From assembly GCA_030615145.1 (NCBI GenBank), contig JAUWZT010000003.1, positions 1 to 32,435 of the forward strand: a stretch of DNA of 32,435 nucleotides, written 5' to 3'. Positions within the stretch are counted from its first letter, which is position 1. Each line of letters starts with the position of its first letter. The notes beneath the pieces are model-generated. The model searched no databases, was not told the origin of the DNA, and saw nothing but the letters and a program-made list of their open reading frames with translations. This stretch comes from Promethearchaeota archaeon. GTDB taxonomy: Archaea > Asgardarchaeota > Lokiarchaeia > Sigyniarchaeales > SOKP01. Both the position numbers and the translations under genes were made by a program. Of the stretch, positions 8,679-18,683 are shown one piece after another.

Positions 8679-9173
8679 TTATGATTCAATTTCTGATGAA
8701 TGATCATCAATTACTTTTATCTTTTTGATCTTTATTATGTAATGAATGTAAATTGCGAGACCTGGGAGAAAAATCCCTATCTCCATTGCTAGGGCTCCAA
8801 ACCAGGTGCTAAACACGCCAAGTCCTATCGTTAGGGAATCATTAAAGAGAAGTGGTAATCCGCCAGGCCATCCAATGAAATCCAAAACCCAATGGCTGAA
8901 AACAAGAAGTCCGATAATCATACTTACATAGAAGTTTTGAGTATTTTGTGTTTTCTTTGAATTTAGGAGAGTTGTTATGAGTACGGTAATTAACATTGCA
9001 CTAGCAGACCAAACCGCTGCCATAAAAAGCCCATGAGAAGGCCAAAACGCGAAAATAAATATATTGAACAAGATATCAAGAACCATGGTGCTTATTAATA
9101 AAGCCCACAGGGGTATTTGGGGAAAAAATCGCTTGGTGGCTAATCCTATTCCAAAATGAGCTAAAAAAGGCAT
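8679..9173 (-). CDS. Membrane-bound metal-dependent hydrolase (YdjM-like)
   Basis: N-terminal HFG, LD, SHG and SHWVLD motifs within hydrophobic helices. Confidence 0.7.
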   Translation of the reverse strand: MPFLAHFGIGLATKRFFPQIPLWALLISTMVLDILFNIFIFAFWPSHGLFMAAVWSASAMLITVLITTLLNSKKTQNTQNFYVSMIIGLLVFSHWVLDFIGWPGGLPLLFNDSLTIGLGVFSTWFGALAMEIGIFLPGLAIYIHYIIKIKKIKVIDDHSSEIES

Positions 9174-9348
9174 TGTAATTTGGATTGTGTGAATTATTTA
9201 ATAAACTTATCTAAACGGACAACTCCATTCAGGTCATGCCCTTGTGATTAAAATTTCTGTTTTTCAAAGTAAATAAAAATCTAGAAAAAAAAGTGCTTAT
9301 TAAATGTGTGTATGTATATGCGCATAAAAAGAAAATAAAAAAGATAGA

Positions 9349-9594
9349 TTAAGGTAATAATTGAGAGAGAATTATAGTAGCAGTATTTAAAACTATGAAA
9401 TCACCTTCTTCTGGTGACACTCTTAAAGATTTAAGAGCGATTCTAAAACCACTTAGAGAATCGATGGGAAAATCTACTCGTCCAGTTTTTTTGTTCTCTA
9501 AAAAAAATGTTTTCTGATCTATTCCACACTCCATTAGTCTGAAAACTGGCAGAGTGTGCTCAGATCCATCCTTCAAGGTAATTATAATATCCAT
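9349..9594 (-). CDS. Small hypothetical protein, paralog of 9664-9921
   Basis: 36/80 identical residues in an ungapped hand alignment with the neighbouring ORF. Confidence 0.8.
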   Translation of the reverse strand: MDIIITLKDGSEHTLPVFRLMECGIDQKTFFLENKKTGRVDFPIDSLSGFRIALKSLRVSPEEGDFIVLNTATIILSQLLP

Positions 9595-9663
9595 TTGATG
9601 CCACTTTCTTGATTTATATTTTTTTTTATTTTATATTATTTTTAATTATGCGTATAGAAATTT

Positions 9664-9921
9664 TTATGTTAAATGTTTAGAAAGAATTCCAACTGCTGCA
9701 TATAAAACCGGTCTATCATTCTCGTAAGCTGCTTCGGTTACCCATTTCCTGTAGATTTTAAATCCTTTAACATTATCAAGAGGAATTTCAATACGACCTT
9801 CTTTTTTGTTTTCGATAAAAAAGTTATTCTCAATAGTACCACATTCTTTTAATTTAACAATTGGTATTTCATGTTGAGTCCCATCTTTTAAGAAAATAAT
9901 TAAATCCAATAGATTCACCAT
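9664..9921 (-). CDS. Small hypothetical protein, paralog of 9349-9594
   Basis: Shares LKDG..H..P, ECG, FF.ENKK.GR, P.D...GF.I and ILS with the neighbouring ORF. Confidence 0.8.
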   Translation of the reverse strand: MVNLLDLIIFLKDGTQHEIPIVKLKECGTIENNFFIENKKEGRIEIPLDNVKGFKIYRKWVTEAAYENDRPVLYAAVGILSKHLT

Positions 9922-10066
9922 TTTTAAATTTCAATTATGAATATGAATATTAATCCTCTTATACTATAAAAAGCTTCAACTTTTTTGAAATTCATCAAAA
10001 TTTTAAGATTTGAAATATCAAATTATCTTTTAACATTAATACTTAAAAAATTTGACAGATACCTAT

Positions 10067-10591
10067 TCATTTTCTATCGTTTATTTTTTCAATTTCTTTT
10101 AGAATCTTTGAAAATATGTTAGTAGATATTCTAAATGTGGTGTTTTCTATTAGGAATTGGAGAAAATATTTGCATTCCTTTTTTGTTATTAGTCTTTGAT
10201 GTAATGCTTTAAGAATAATGCCTAATGTACCAGTGATCTTAAGTTCAAGCGTTCGCGCTATCTCTCGAGCTGTCAAATCATCAATGATAACGATAATTTC
10301 TTCGGTTTTATCTTGCATCTCTTTCCCAAGAGCGATAATAGAAGCCTCTCCAGAGTGGATTTGTAAATCTTCAAGTCTTTTTATGAGTTGTTTGGAGCTC
10401 GAGTTTTTTACGGTTAACCAGTCTGAAAAGCAGTCTTCTAAAATCAGAAATTCAGGAACAGTTTCATATCCTAACACTTCCTTCTTGACTATTGTCGTAG
10501 TATAACATGTTGAAAAAAGTTTAGGAAGTAATGTAATTGCTCCTATTTTCCCTAAATAGATTAGTGGAGAGGCATTAATTATAGCAATCAC
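10067..10591 (-). CDS. PIN-domain toxin, DUF3368 family
   Basis: NASPLI, LQIHSGEASII, IIDDLTAR and GTLGIIL motifs; 4-bp overlap with the upstream antitoxin gene. Confidence 0.88.
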   Translation of the reverse strand: MIAIINASPLIYLGKIGAITLLPKLFSTCYTTTIVKKEVLGYETVPEFLILEDCFSDWLTVKNSSSKQLIKRLEDLQIHSGEASIIALGKEMQDKTEEIIVIIDDLTAREIARTLELKITGTLGIILKALHQRLITKKECKYFLQFLIENTTFRISTNIFSKILKEIEKINDRK

Positions 10592-10899
10592 GATGTATTT
10601 AAACCCATGGCAAATTCGAGATCTTCTTTAAGAGCTTGTTCGTCATATCCTGAAGGATAACGGTTCTTCAGTTCATATAGCATTTTTCTTAGCGAGACTC
10701 CGGCTATTTCTGCCGCTTTCCATGCACTAATATTCTTTTCGCTAACATCATTACAAAGAATTTCTATCATCTCCTCGGAAAGCGATTTCTCCAATAATTG
10801 ACGAATGTATGTGGATTTATCGATTACTTTTAATTTCTTAAGTAAAAAACTCAGTTTTCGTTCTAAGTCATCATCTATTCTTACTGAAAGAATTTTCAT
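10588..10899 (-). CDS. UPF0175-family antitoxin with N-terminal ribbon-helix-helix
   Basis: ILSVRID...KSTYIRQLL (RHH) and ISAWKAAEIAGVS...LKEDL (UPF0175); the usual partner of DUF3368. Confidence 0.85.
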   Translation of the reverse strand: MKILSVRIDDDLERKLSFLLKKLKVIDKSTYIRQLLEKSLSEEMIEILCNDVSEKNISAWKAAEIAGVSLRKMLYELKNRYPSGYDEQALKEDLEFAMGLNTS

Positions 10900-11130
10900 A
10901 ATATTTACCTATGTATACTAGAGCATTCCGTGTATATATACTTTTTTTTGGAGAGGATTAATCCCAGTAAAAATTATCAAAAAATATTAAATCAAGGAAG
11001 AAAATTAAATAATCATAAGTTACCAGTTCATTTTAAAAACTTATTAATTAACTAATCTTTTTTAACGTAATATTATTCTACTCATTATTAATCTCTTTTA
11101 ATTTTAAATCAACTAATTTTCGCATAAATT

Positions 11131-12291
11131 ATGGTCTTATCAAAACGTGAACGGGTATTCAAAACTCTCGAGCTTGATGGTGAACCTGATATGGTTCCTA
11201 TACATTTATTTGGCTTTGAGCAAACAGGGCTTTCTTTCCAAGCTTTTAAAGAATCAGAAGAAAGGAAAAGATATCATAGTTCCGTAAAAAATACGAAATC
11301 TAATGTTAAATACTATATTACAGAACAACGCTTTTGGAACGCCGATCTTTATGGAATGGACCCATTTGGGGAAAATAAAATAAAAGTGAGATACGAAAAC
11401 GCCCCTCCTGAATACGCTGGCTGTCGTCTTAATAGGATGGACGGCAGATTATATAGAACTGTGAAGCAAGTTAATACAGGTTTGGAATATGCTTGGTATG
11501 TTGGTGGTTATTTTACAAATCCGGAGATCTTGCACTCTTATTGGGATCAGTATGGAAAACCCACTGAATTGATTAACGATAGGGTTAAATACTCGACTCA
11601 AAAATGGGAAGGATTTGTTGAAGCCCTTGCGCCTTATTTCTATCCAATGGCAAATTTACCACTAAATCCATCTGAAGTTTTAATTGGGGGTCTTTCTTTT
11701 ACTCGTTTTGCTTATTATTTACGTAAAAACCCCAAATTTATTCACGAAATTATGGACGAGTACACGAAAGTTAATATTGAAATAATTAAAAGGTTAGCTG
11801 AAGTGAGCGTTGATATAGTTATGTTTGGCGATGATTTGGGTTATAAGGACAATGGATTTTTTTCTTTAAAAGTTTTTCGAGAATTTATCCTTCCATATCA
11901 CAAAAGGATTTACCAAACATGCAAAAAAAGGGGTGTATTAGTTGTACTCCATTCTTGTGGGAAAATTGATCAATATCTACCTGATCTAGTTGATGCTGGT
12001 CTTAATTGCATTCAATCTTTAGAAGCAACGGCAGGAGTTGACTTGGCTGGATTAAAAGAATCGCTAGGAGATCGTTTGTGCTTTATGGGTGGATTGGACT
12101 CCTCAGGGGTTTTAACTCATGGAACTCCAAAAGATACGGAAGAAAATGTAAGAAATACAATAAAGAAGGCGGGAAAAGGCGGCGGTTATTTTGTAGGGCC
12201 TAGTCATGACATCTTAAATATGCCGTGGGAGAATGTTTTAGCAATGAGAGCTGCTATAGAGAAATATCGAAAATATCCATTAAAACTTTGA
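11131..12291 (+). CDS. Uroporphyrinogen decarboxylase/MtaA-CmuA family TIM-barrel protein
   Basis: SKRERV, GDDLG, HSCG, LE..AGVD, MGGLD and GGGYFVGPSH motifs. Confidence 0.88.
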   Translation: MVLSKRERVFKTLELDGEPDMVPIHLFGFEQTGLSFQAFKESEERKRYHSSVKNTKSNVKYYITEQRFWNADLYGMDPFGENKIKVRYENAPPEYAGCRLNRMDGRLYRTVKQVNTGLEYAWYVGGYFTNPEILHSYWDQYGKPTELINDRVKYSTQKWEGFVEALAPYFYPMANLPLNPSEVLIGGLSFTRFAYYLRKNPKFIHEIMDEYTKVNIEIIKRLAEVSVDIVMFGDDLGYKDNGFFSLKVFREFILPYHKRIYQTCKKRGVLVVLHSCGKIDQYLPDLVDAGLNCIQSLEATAGVDLAGLKESLGDRLCFMGGLDSSGVLTHGTPKDTEENVRNTIKKAGKGGGYFVGPSHDILNMPWENVLAMRAAIEKYRKYPLKL

Positions 12292-12309
12292 GAAATTATT
12301 AGTGAAATA

Positions 12310-13566
12310 CTATACGAGGGTTTTTTCAGTCATAGAACTATTAATCTCCTTAAGTAAATCTTTTTTAAACTTGTTATTTAACTCAATTCCATTTAATATT
12401 AAGAACTCCTCTAATTCTTCTTTCGTTAGTTTCTTTTTCCCTTGTTTTTCTATCCAATTCCTTGCTTTAAATATTAATTTGCCTTCATTACCGCCAATAA
12501 ATTTCGGTAAGTAGAGATTTGCAATAAATTCTGTTCGGTAGAAGGTTCTTACAAATAACCCTTTAGAGTCAAGTTTGTTATATAAATTAGAAACTTGCTC
12601 TGGCGAGGCATCTATTACCAAATTTTTACCTGTTTTTTGAATTTTCTTATAAAGTGATATCCATATTTCTGATCCCATTGGAGCACTTCCTGCACCTGGA
12701 ACCCATTGAATCCCCGTTATAGCAGGTTCGACCAATAAGGAATCTAAGTGAGGAAGTGCGTTGGGACCATCTAAATGATAAATTGCGTAATCCAAATGTT
12801 CTGCTTGAGCTACAAGATCAGGTAAGGCAAACCTTTTAAACCATTTTGGGTTTAACATCGCACTAAAATCGCATTGCATGGGATAACTCCTTTTTCCACA
12901 CCAAACATTGAGCCAACTACTACATCCATCTCCATATTTATCAATAATATCTTGTAATTTATCATAAACTTGTAGTAGTTTTTCAAGTATGATTGAACGA
13001 CATGTGTCAATAATTTCAGGCTTTCTCTTCATAGTTAAAATTATATTAGTTGGTCCTAAAAATGCTGAAAGTGTATCTAAAACACCTCCTAAATCAGTTT
13101 GTGCTATAGTATAGTTTCTACCTGCTCGTTTTGCCGCATATTCAGTAATTCTTAATAGTCGTGAATACCATTCATTGTTTTGATTTAGTTTGACGCTTTC
13201 AAGATATTCTGTGATATCCTCTATTTTTGTTGGACGACTAAACCAAACTGTGTTCGATTGGAATTTTGGTTTAACTCCAAAAACTGCTGCCGCAATTCCA
13301 GGACCATAATTCGGGAAATAGCGAGGAATAGACTCACCCCCATAATACGTAATTTCGGCTCGCTTTTCAAACCCATCAAGAGCATTTTCAATTCCTTCAT
13401 GGTCTTGTGCTAAATCCCAATTTTCACCGACGATATCTAAATACGCACCAAGTTTTCCCCTTTTTTTAGGAAAATAATAACTAAAAACTGGACGATCAAT
13501 TATTTCTCGATCCCACCACGCTCTCATTCGCTCTTTAGCTTCATCAATATCCTCTTTATATTCCAT
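12310..13566 (-). CDS. URO-D-like fold protein (AWW...DRP / YHLDG subfamily) with C-terminal extension
   Basis: AWW...DRP, NYGPG, DLGG..D, QCDFSAM, YHLDG and IQWVPGAG motifs. Start set to ATG 13566 by comparison with the remnant at 8625. Confidence 0.8.
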   Translation of the reverse strand: MEYKEDIDEAKERMRAWWDREIIDRPVFSYYFPKKRGKLGAYLDIVGENWDLAQDHEGIENALDGFEKRAEITYYGGESIPRYFPNYGPGIAAAVFGVKPKFQSNTVWFSRPTKIEDITEYLESVKLNQNNEWYSRLLRITEYAAKRAGRNYTIAQTDLGGVLDTLSAFLGPTNIILTMKRKPEIIDTCRSIILEKLLQVYDKLQDIIDKYGDGCSSWLNVWCGKRSYPMQCDFSAMLNPKWFKRFALPDLVAQAEHLDYAIYHLDGPNALPHLDSLLVEPAITGIQWVPGAGSAPMGSEIWISLYKKIQKTGKNLVIDASPEQVSNLYNKLDSKGLFVRTFYRTEFIANLYLPKFIGGNEGKLIFKARNWIEKQGKKKLTKEELEEFLILNGIELNNKFKKDLLKEINSSMTEKTLV

Positions 13567-13697
13567 AAAAAATATATCAAAACAAAACAAATTAATCTTT
13601 ACATTTTACAATTATGTAGTACACTCAAATCTTGAAGAATTAAATATTAAATCAGAAAAACAAGAAGATCAATTAAAAATGCTGGAATAGAACAATT

Positions 13698-14600
13698 TCA
13701 GAAATAATGATTATTGATATTTGGAATTTTTATTTGAGGTGCATATTTCTTTATATATTCTAATGATGCTATAATGTCTTTTTTTGGTAATTCAAATACG
13801 ATTGGACCCTCGAAATTCTTTCTATGAATTAAATTTAAGAACTCTGGAGGAAAATTTGAACCTGTACCTAAAGCACAATGATCAGATAGTAAATTATCAG
13901 CATTATAATCTTGTAGGTGAATTTCTCCTGTTAGCTCTAAATATTTATCAGTAATCTCTACTAAATCACAATCTCCCGAAAAACCTCCTAAAATATGAGC
14001 AGTATCAATACAAAGCTTAGTATTTAATTTTTTAACCATTTTAATTGTTGCGTCTAATGGAAATTCTAAAGTTTCTATCGCTATCTTTTGACTATTCACG
14101 CCTGTTTTATCTAATATTTCTTCAATGCTCTGAATTGAAGAATTCGTAAAAAGTTCTATTGCTACTGGAAAAATATCAGGACCCTTGATGAAATCCATTG
14201 CATCAGCAATAAATTCACCTGTTGGATGTAAGACATAAAATTCAATATCTTTTTCTAATTCTATAAATGTTTCATAAGAATCTACTATCGAATTTATACT
14301 TGCTTCACGGATGAATTTATTTGGGCTAGCAAGCTCAAGACTTATGAAAGGAAGATGTGCAGAATATGTTATATCATATTTCCTCTTAATAATTTTCAAT
14401 CTCTCAATTTCGTCTTCGTTGATTTGAATGGGAAAGATTTGAAAGATGTCAAATGTAATCTCAAAGTGTTTATATCCTGTTTTAGCAACACCCTCAACAA
14501 GTTCTGAAAGATTAAACTCTACAAATCCCGATAGACCCTTTTCTTTTAAGATTTTCTCAATTACAAATTCAAGTGATAATGGGGAAACTCCAAATCTCAT
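13698..14600 (-). CDS. AP-endonuclease-2/xylose-isomerase-like TIM barrel, possibly CbiR-like cobamide phosphodiesterase
   Basis: HLP, VLHP, AIET, CIDTAH, EIHLQD, DH..LG and GPIVFE metal-ligand pattern. The fold call is solid; the CbiR assignment is tentative. Confidence 0.7.
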   Translation of the reverse strand: MRFGVSPLSLEFVIEKILKEKGLSGFVEFNLSELVEGVAKTGYKHFEITFDIFQIFPIQINEDEIERLKIIKRKYDITYSAHLPFISLELASPNKFIREASINSIVDSYETFIELEKDIEFYVLHPTGEFIADAMDFIKGPDIFPVAIELFTNSSIQSIEEILDKTGVNSQKIAIETLEFPLDATIKMVKKLNTKLCIDTAHILGGFSGDCDLVEITDKYLELTGEIHLQDYNADNLLSDHCALGTGSNFPPEFLNLIHRKNFEGPIVFELPKKDIIASLEYIKKYAPQIKIPNINNHYF

Positions 14601-14773
14601 ATAAATTAATATGAAATTTTTATAATAAGTTTAATTGAGTGAGAATTAGGTCTCTTAAGTATTTTAAATCTATTACTTCGAAAAATATTTTAAATGTTTC
14701 GGTTTTAAAGGGAACTTAGTTTTTAAAGTATGATTAATTTTAAAGAACAGCCCGATTAATGGTTATTTTCAAT

Positions 14774-15949
14774 ATGAATTTATCAAAAAGAGAACGAGTT
14801 ATCAGGACCTTAGAACTCGATGATAATATTGACATGCTACCCGTTCACTATTTAGGTTTTGAAAAAACAGCTAGTTCTTATCAGAAATTTCTAAAAACTG
14901 ATGAATATAACAAGTATAAGACAATTGTAGAAAACGATTTCTCTAAAGTAAAATATTGTTGGGCGGGTGATATTACTGATTTACGATTCTGGAACGTAGA
15001 TTGCCATTCCATGGATCCATGGGGGCCTAAAAAGTTCAAAGAACCTACAAAGCGTGCTCCTCCAGAATATCCCGATTGTTTAATAAGTGCAATTGATGGA
15101 AGATTGTGGAAATTTGTTAAACAAGTCGATACTGGCTTAGCTTATCTGTGGTATGTTGATGGATATTTTCGAACTCCGGAAACAGTCCATTATTATTGGA
15201 ATAAATATGGAAAACCTTCAGAGCAGATTAATGATAAGCTTAATTATAAGCCCCAAATTTGGGATGGATATGTAGATTCTTTAAAAAAGTATTTATATCC
15301 GATGGCGTTCGTACCTGTTGCTATTCATGAATCTTTATTTGAAGGGATGACAATGGGCCGCGTAGCCTATTACATGCGGAAAAATCCCCAATTTATCCAT
15401 GAGGTTCTTAGCGAGTATACTAAATTAAACATAGAAGTTATTAAGCGCGTTCATGAAGCTGGTGTAGATATAATTTTCTACTCAGACGATTTAGGGTATA
15501 AAGGGCGCTCAATTTTATCAATTGAACAGTTTAAAAAGTTCATTCTTCCCTATTATAAAAAACTGTATAAAGCTTGTGAGCAAAGAGGAATGTTTGTTGT
15601 TCAACATTCTTGTGGATATATTGATAAAAACCTACCTTATATGGTAGAAGCGGGACTTAACTGCATTCAGGCACTTGAACCTGCTGCAGGTGTCGATTTG
15701 GCTTACCTAAAGCAAACTCTTGGTGATAAATTAAGTTTTATGGGAGGAATAGATTCAAGTCGGATTCTTAATTTTGGAACACCTGACGACATTGTACAGG
15801 AAGTAAAGCGTTGTTTGAAATCAGCAGGTTATAATGGCGGTTATTTTGTTGGTCCTAGCCATAATATTTTAAATGCTCCTTGGGAAAATATTGTGGTATT
15901 AAGAAATGCAATTGAAAAATATCGAAAATATCCATTAAATCTGAATTAA
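14774..15949 (+). CDS. URO-D/MtaA-CmuA family protein, close paralog of 11131-12291
   Basis: SKRERV, SDDLG, HSCG, GGYFVGPSH, and the identical C-terminal AIEKYRKYPL. An alternative ATG lies at 14759. Confidence 0.88.
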   Translation: MNLSKRERVIRTLELDDNIDMLPVHYLGFEKTASSYQKFLKTDEYNKYKTIVENDFSKVKYCWAGDITDLRFWNVDCHSMDPWGPKKFKEPTKRAPPEYPDCLISAIDGRLWKFVKQVDTGLAYLWYVDGYFRTPETVHYYWNKYGKPSEQINDKLNYKPQIWDGYVDSLKKYLYPMAFVPVAIHESLFEGMTMGRVAYYMRKNPQFIHEVLSEYTKLNIEVIKRVHEAGVDIIFYSDDLGYKGRSILSIEQFKKFILPYYKKLYKACEQRGMFVVQHSCGYIDKNLPYMVEAGLNCIQALEPAAGVDLAYLKQTLGDKLSFMGGIDSSRILNFGTPDDIVQEVKRCLKSAGYNGGYFVGPSHNILNAPWENIVVLRNAIEKYRKYPLNLN

Positions 15950-15978
15950 AAGACATCAGTAAAACAAAATTAAAAACC

Positions 15979-18117
15979 CTATTTTTTGAGAATTGCGATT
16001 ATCGGTGATAAAGGAGATATCTCTACATTAAATTGATAGATGTTTTTTGAACTCTGAGTTAATTTTATAGTAGAAATCTTTTGATTTATCCCATTATAAA
16101 TTTCTACAGTGTTAACTTCCAAACCATATTTTAAGGAATCAAATTGAATTTCTATCATTTGAACTCGACTACTTAAATTATAGGCAGTAATAAGTCCTAA
16201 CTTGTCAACTTCATCCACATGAAGGTGAATATTGTTCTTAATTCCATAAAATGTCCCTCTAGCTAATATTGGTTTAATTTTTTTATAAAGTATCATTGCT
16301 TGTTTTAAAGCTTTATATTTTGGGTTTTCTCTATCACTAAGTCCGCCAATCCCTAAGTGTCTTACGAGAGATGCATACCACCAGAATTGTAGCATATTTT
16401 CATTGTCGCTATTCTCATTTATGTGTAAATATAAAGGAAAAGAATATGCTAAATTATATTCAAACAATTGAGTTGACCTTCCAGATAAAATGTCTTGCAT
16501 TGGATTCCACATACATTCAAACCCCCAGTTCTCATCGAAACTGTTTGGAAGGTTTTGTTGATAATAGAGTGGATGTCGAGGCTTTAATCCCCTGTCATGT
16601 GCTTCGATGAGTATGTGTGGATATTCTTTTTTAACGCTTTGAATTACCTTTAATATGTTTTCAGCGTGAGTTTGTCTTCTCATCGGAACTTCATGCCCGT
16701 GCTCTTTACTGAAACATCCGAGATTGTCTGCCATGAACGTTGATAAATCAGTAAAATCAAACATGAAAAAATCTATTCCTTCCTTGGCTAATTCTAATAA
16801 TCTTCGGGATTTTTCCTTCAACCAATGTTCATTAGCACACAAACAATAAAGATTTATATACGGATCTGCAACAAGCTTTACTCCTTTTCGAGATCTGAGA
16901 TAAAATTCATCTGGTTCATTTTCCCCCTCAAAATTCATCATGAGATGCAACGCAAGCTTTAATCCGTATGTTTCATGGATGGTTTTTGAAAATTCTTTTA
17001 GAGTACCGAATCTTTGTTCATTCCAAATTTCAGAACCAAGAGCAGTATTCCAGCCAGGATCCAAATAGAGACATTCAGCTCCAATATCTCGAGCAATCTC
17101 TGCTTCATTGTAGAGCTGTTCTAACGTATAGACTTCAAATTCTGCCTTATCCACGAAGAATCCGACTTTTTCTGCTGCCCAACCTAAATTATATAATTCG
17201 TTCCAATGCACTGGTGGATTATAATCTTTTTTAAATTTATGACCATTTTCCTCAAGATGACTTCTATATAGGTAATACCCCTCCCTATAATCGCCCTCAT
17301 AAACAGCATATCTCGAAACGCCAAAAGAATAACTTTGATGGGGTTCTAAGGTAGTCGCCAATTCGGGATTACCATCGTATAGAGAAACTCCGCCAAAGAG
17401 GAAGAATACATCTTCAGCACCTCTTCCCGGTAATGTGGTTGAGATTCGGTTAAACCTTGAATGTTCTATTTGTGACGAATCATATTTACATATGAGTAAT
17501 CCACCGTCTTCTGTCCCCCAGAGCCACCCTTCAGCACAATATCCTGGCATCTCTGCTTCTTTAGCGACCCAAGCCCCAAATAGTATATCATTAGCACTGA
17601 ATTTTTCCTTTCTTCTATCCTCTCCATACCCTAAAAACCTTCGAGTGGGGATTGAAGTTAGTGTATGTTCATCCAAATGATCAATCCAACCCTGGTATTG
17701 CTTGAATAACGCCTTCTTAAACCCAAAATTGATCAACCCAAATCTAACTCTTTTATTCCCGTGATTGATTAGTGTAATATATTCGTTCAGCCATTTATTA
17801 CTAGATTCTAATTTAATCTTATGTTCGATTTCAATGTTCGTGTTTTGAAATATTCCTTTAATCACGAGCGTATTATCATCGATCAAGTGGATGGTCCTTG
17901 TCTGCAATTTCTTTGCTTTATATTCCTCCCCTAAATGAGACAAATATACATATCGAGAACCTCTTTTTCCAGAAGTCAAAATACTATAATGATAATCCTG
18001 ATCTGCATAGATTTTATCATTCGCTTTACTGTATAATTTGTAAATAAACCTATTTTTATTATTTTGAATTTCCAACTCCCAATATTGATTGGATAGAGTA
18101 TAACGAGTTCTGTTCAT
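15979..18117 (-). CDS. GH36/clan-D-like glycoside hydrolase (alpha-galactosidase-like)
   Basis: N-terminal beta-rich domain, then PPVHWN, LYLDPGW (compare DDGW), GLKLALH and GIDFFMFDF (nucleophile position); short C-terminal beta domain. Confidence 0.65.
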   Translation of the reverse strand: MNRTRYTLSNQYWELEIQNNKNRFIYKLYSKANDKIYADQDYHYSILTSGKRGSRYVYLSHLGEEYKAKKLQTRTIHLIDDNTLVIKGIFQNTNIEIEHKIKLESSNKWLNEYITLINHGNKRVRFGLINFGFKKALFKQYQGWIDHLDEHTLTSIPTRRFLGYGEDRRKEKFSANDILFGAWVAKEAEMPGYCAEGWLWGTEDGGLLICKYDSSQIEHSRFNRISTTLPGRGAEDVFFLFGGVSLYDGNPELATTLEPHQSYSFGVSRYAVYEGDYREGYYLYRSHLEENGHKFKKDYNPPVHWNELYNLGWAAEKVGFFVDKAEFEVYTLEQLYNEAEIARDIGAECLYLDPGWNTALGSEIWNEQRFGTLKEFSKTIHETYGLKLALHLMMNFEGENEPDEFYLRSRKGVKLVADPYINLYCLCANEHWLKEKSRRLLELAKEGIDFFMFDFTDLSTFMADNLGCFSKEHGHEVPMRRQTHAENILKVIQSVKKEYPHILIEAHDRGLKPRHPLYYQQNLPNSFDENWGFECMWNPMQDILSGRSTQLFEYNLAYSFPLYLHINENSDNENMLQFWWYASLVRHLGIGGLSDRENPKYKALKQAMILYKKIKPILARGTFYGIKNNIHLHVDEVDKLGLITAYNLSSRVQMIEIQFDSLKYGLEVNTVEIYNGINQKISTIKLTQSSKNIYQFNVEISPLSPIIAILKK

Positions 18118-18282
18118 TAAATATCGCTAATTTTGTTAATTTTAATGCAAATACGAATTAAATTTATATATTTTAATATTTTAAAAGCATTTTAGGTTAA
18201 AAGTTAAATCTATAAATACAACTTCGATTAAAATTAATTAATCTATAATTTGAATACAAACATATAAAGAGATGAATGATTA

Positions 18283-18561
18283 ATGAATCAAACAGATGTG
18301 GAATTAGAAGAAACGATATACTCCGGTTTAAATATCCTATCATTTAGCATGTACCAAATCGTGTGGACAATTACTATTTCTGCTTTAAACTTGACCTACT
18401 TTTTTTTCTATCATACAGTAGTCGGGCTCGAGCCGATTTACATATTTCTTGCTATGGCTATTTTTACAGCATGGGATTCGATCAACGAGCCTTTAATCGG
18501 TTTTTTAGTTGACAGGAACTTTAAGTGGACTAAAAAATGGGGTACTTATTGTCATTTTTAG
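18283..18561 (+). pseudogene. Truncated 5' fragment of a GPH-family transporter
   Basis: FYHTVVGL.P and PLIG.L.DRNFKWT.KWG match the downstream gene; homology stops abruptly at about 18543. Confidence 0.85.
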
Positions 18562-18683
18562 CATAAATATTCAGTAAAAAAAGGGAAATATTTAAAATAA
18601 GAAAAGTTGATTAGTATTAATCAAAATTTTTTGTAAAAAATTTATAATTTAAAAATATCTAAAAATCTAAAATTGGTGTTTTT

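Noticed and set aside
9214-9250. Slightly GC-rich intergenic stretch as a possible sRNA, SECIS or C/D box RNA
   Set aside because: No convincing stem or complete box motifs, and no Sec-containing ORF nearby.
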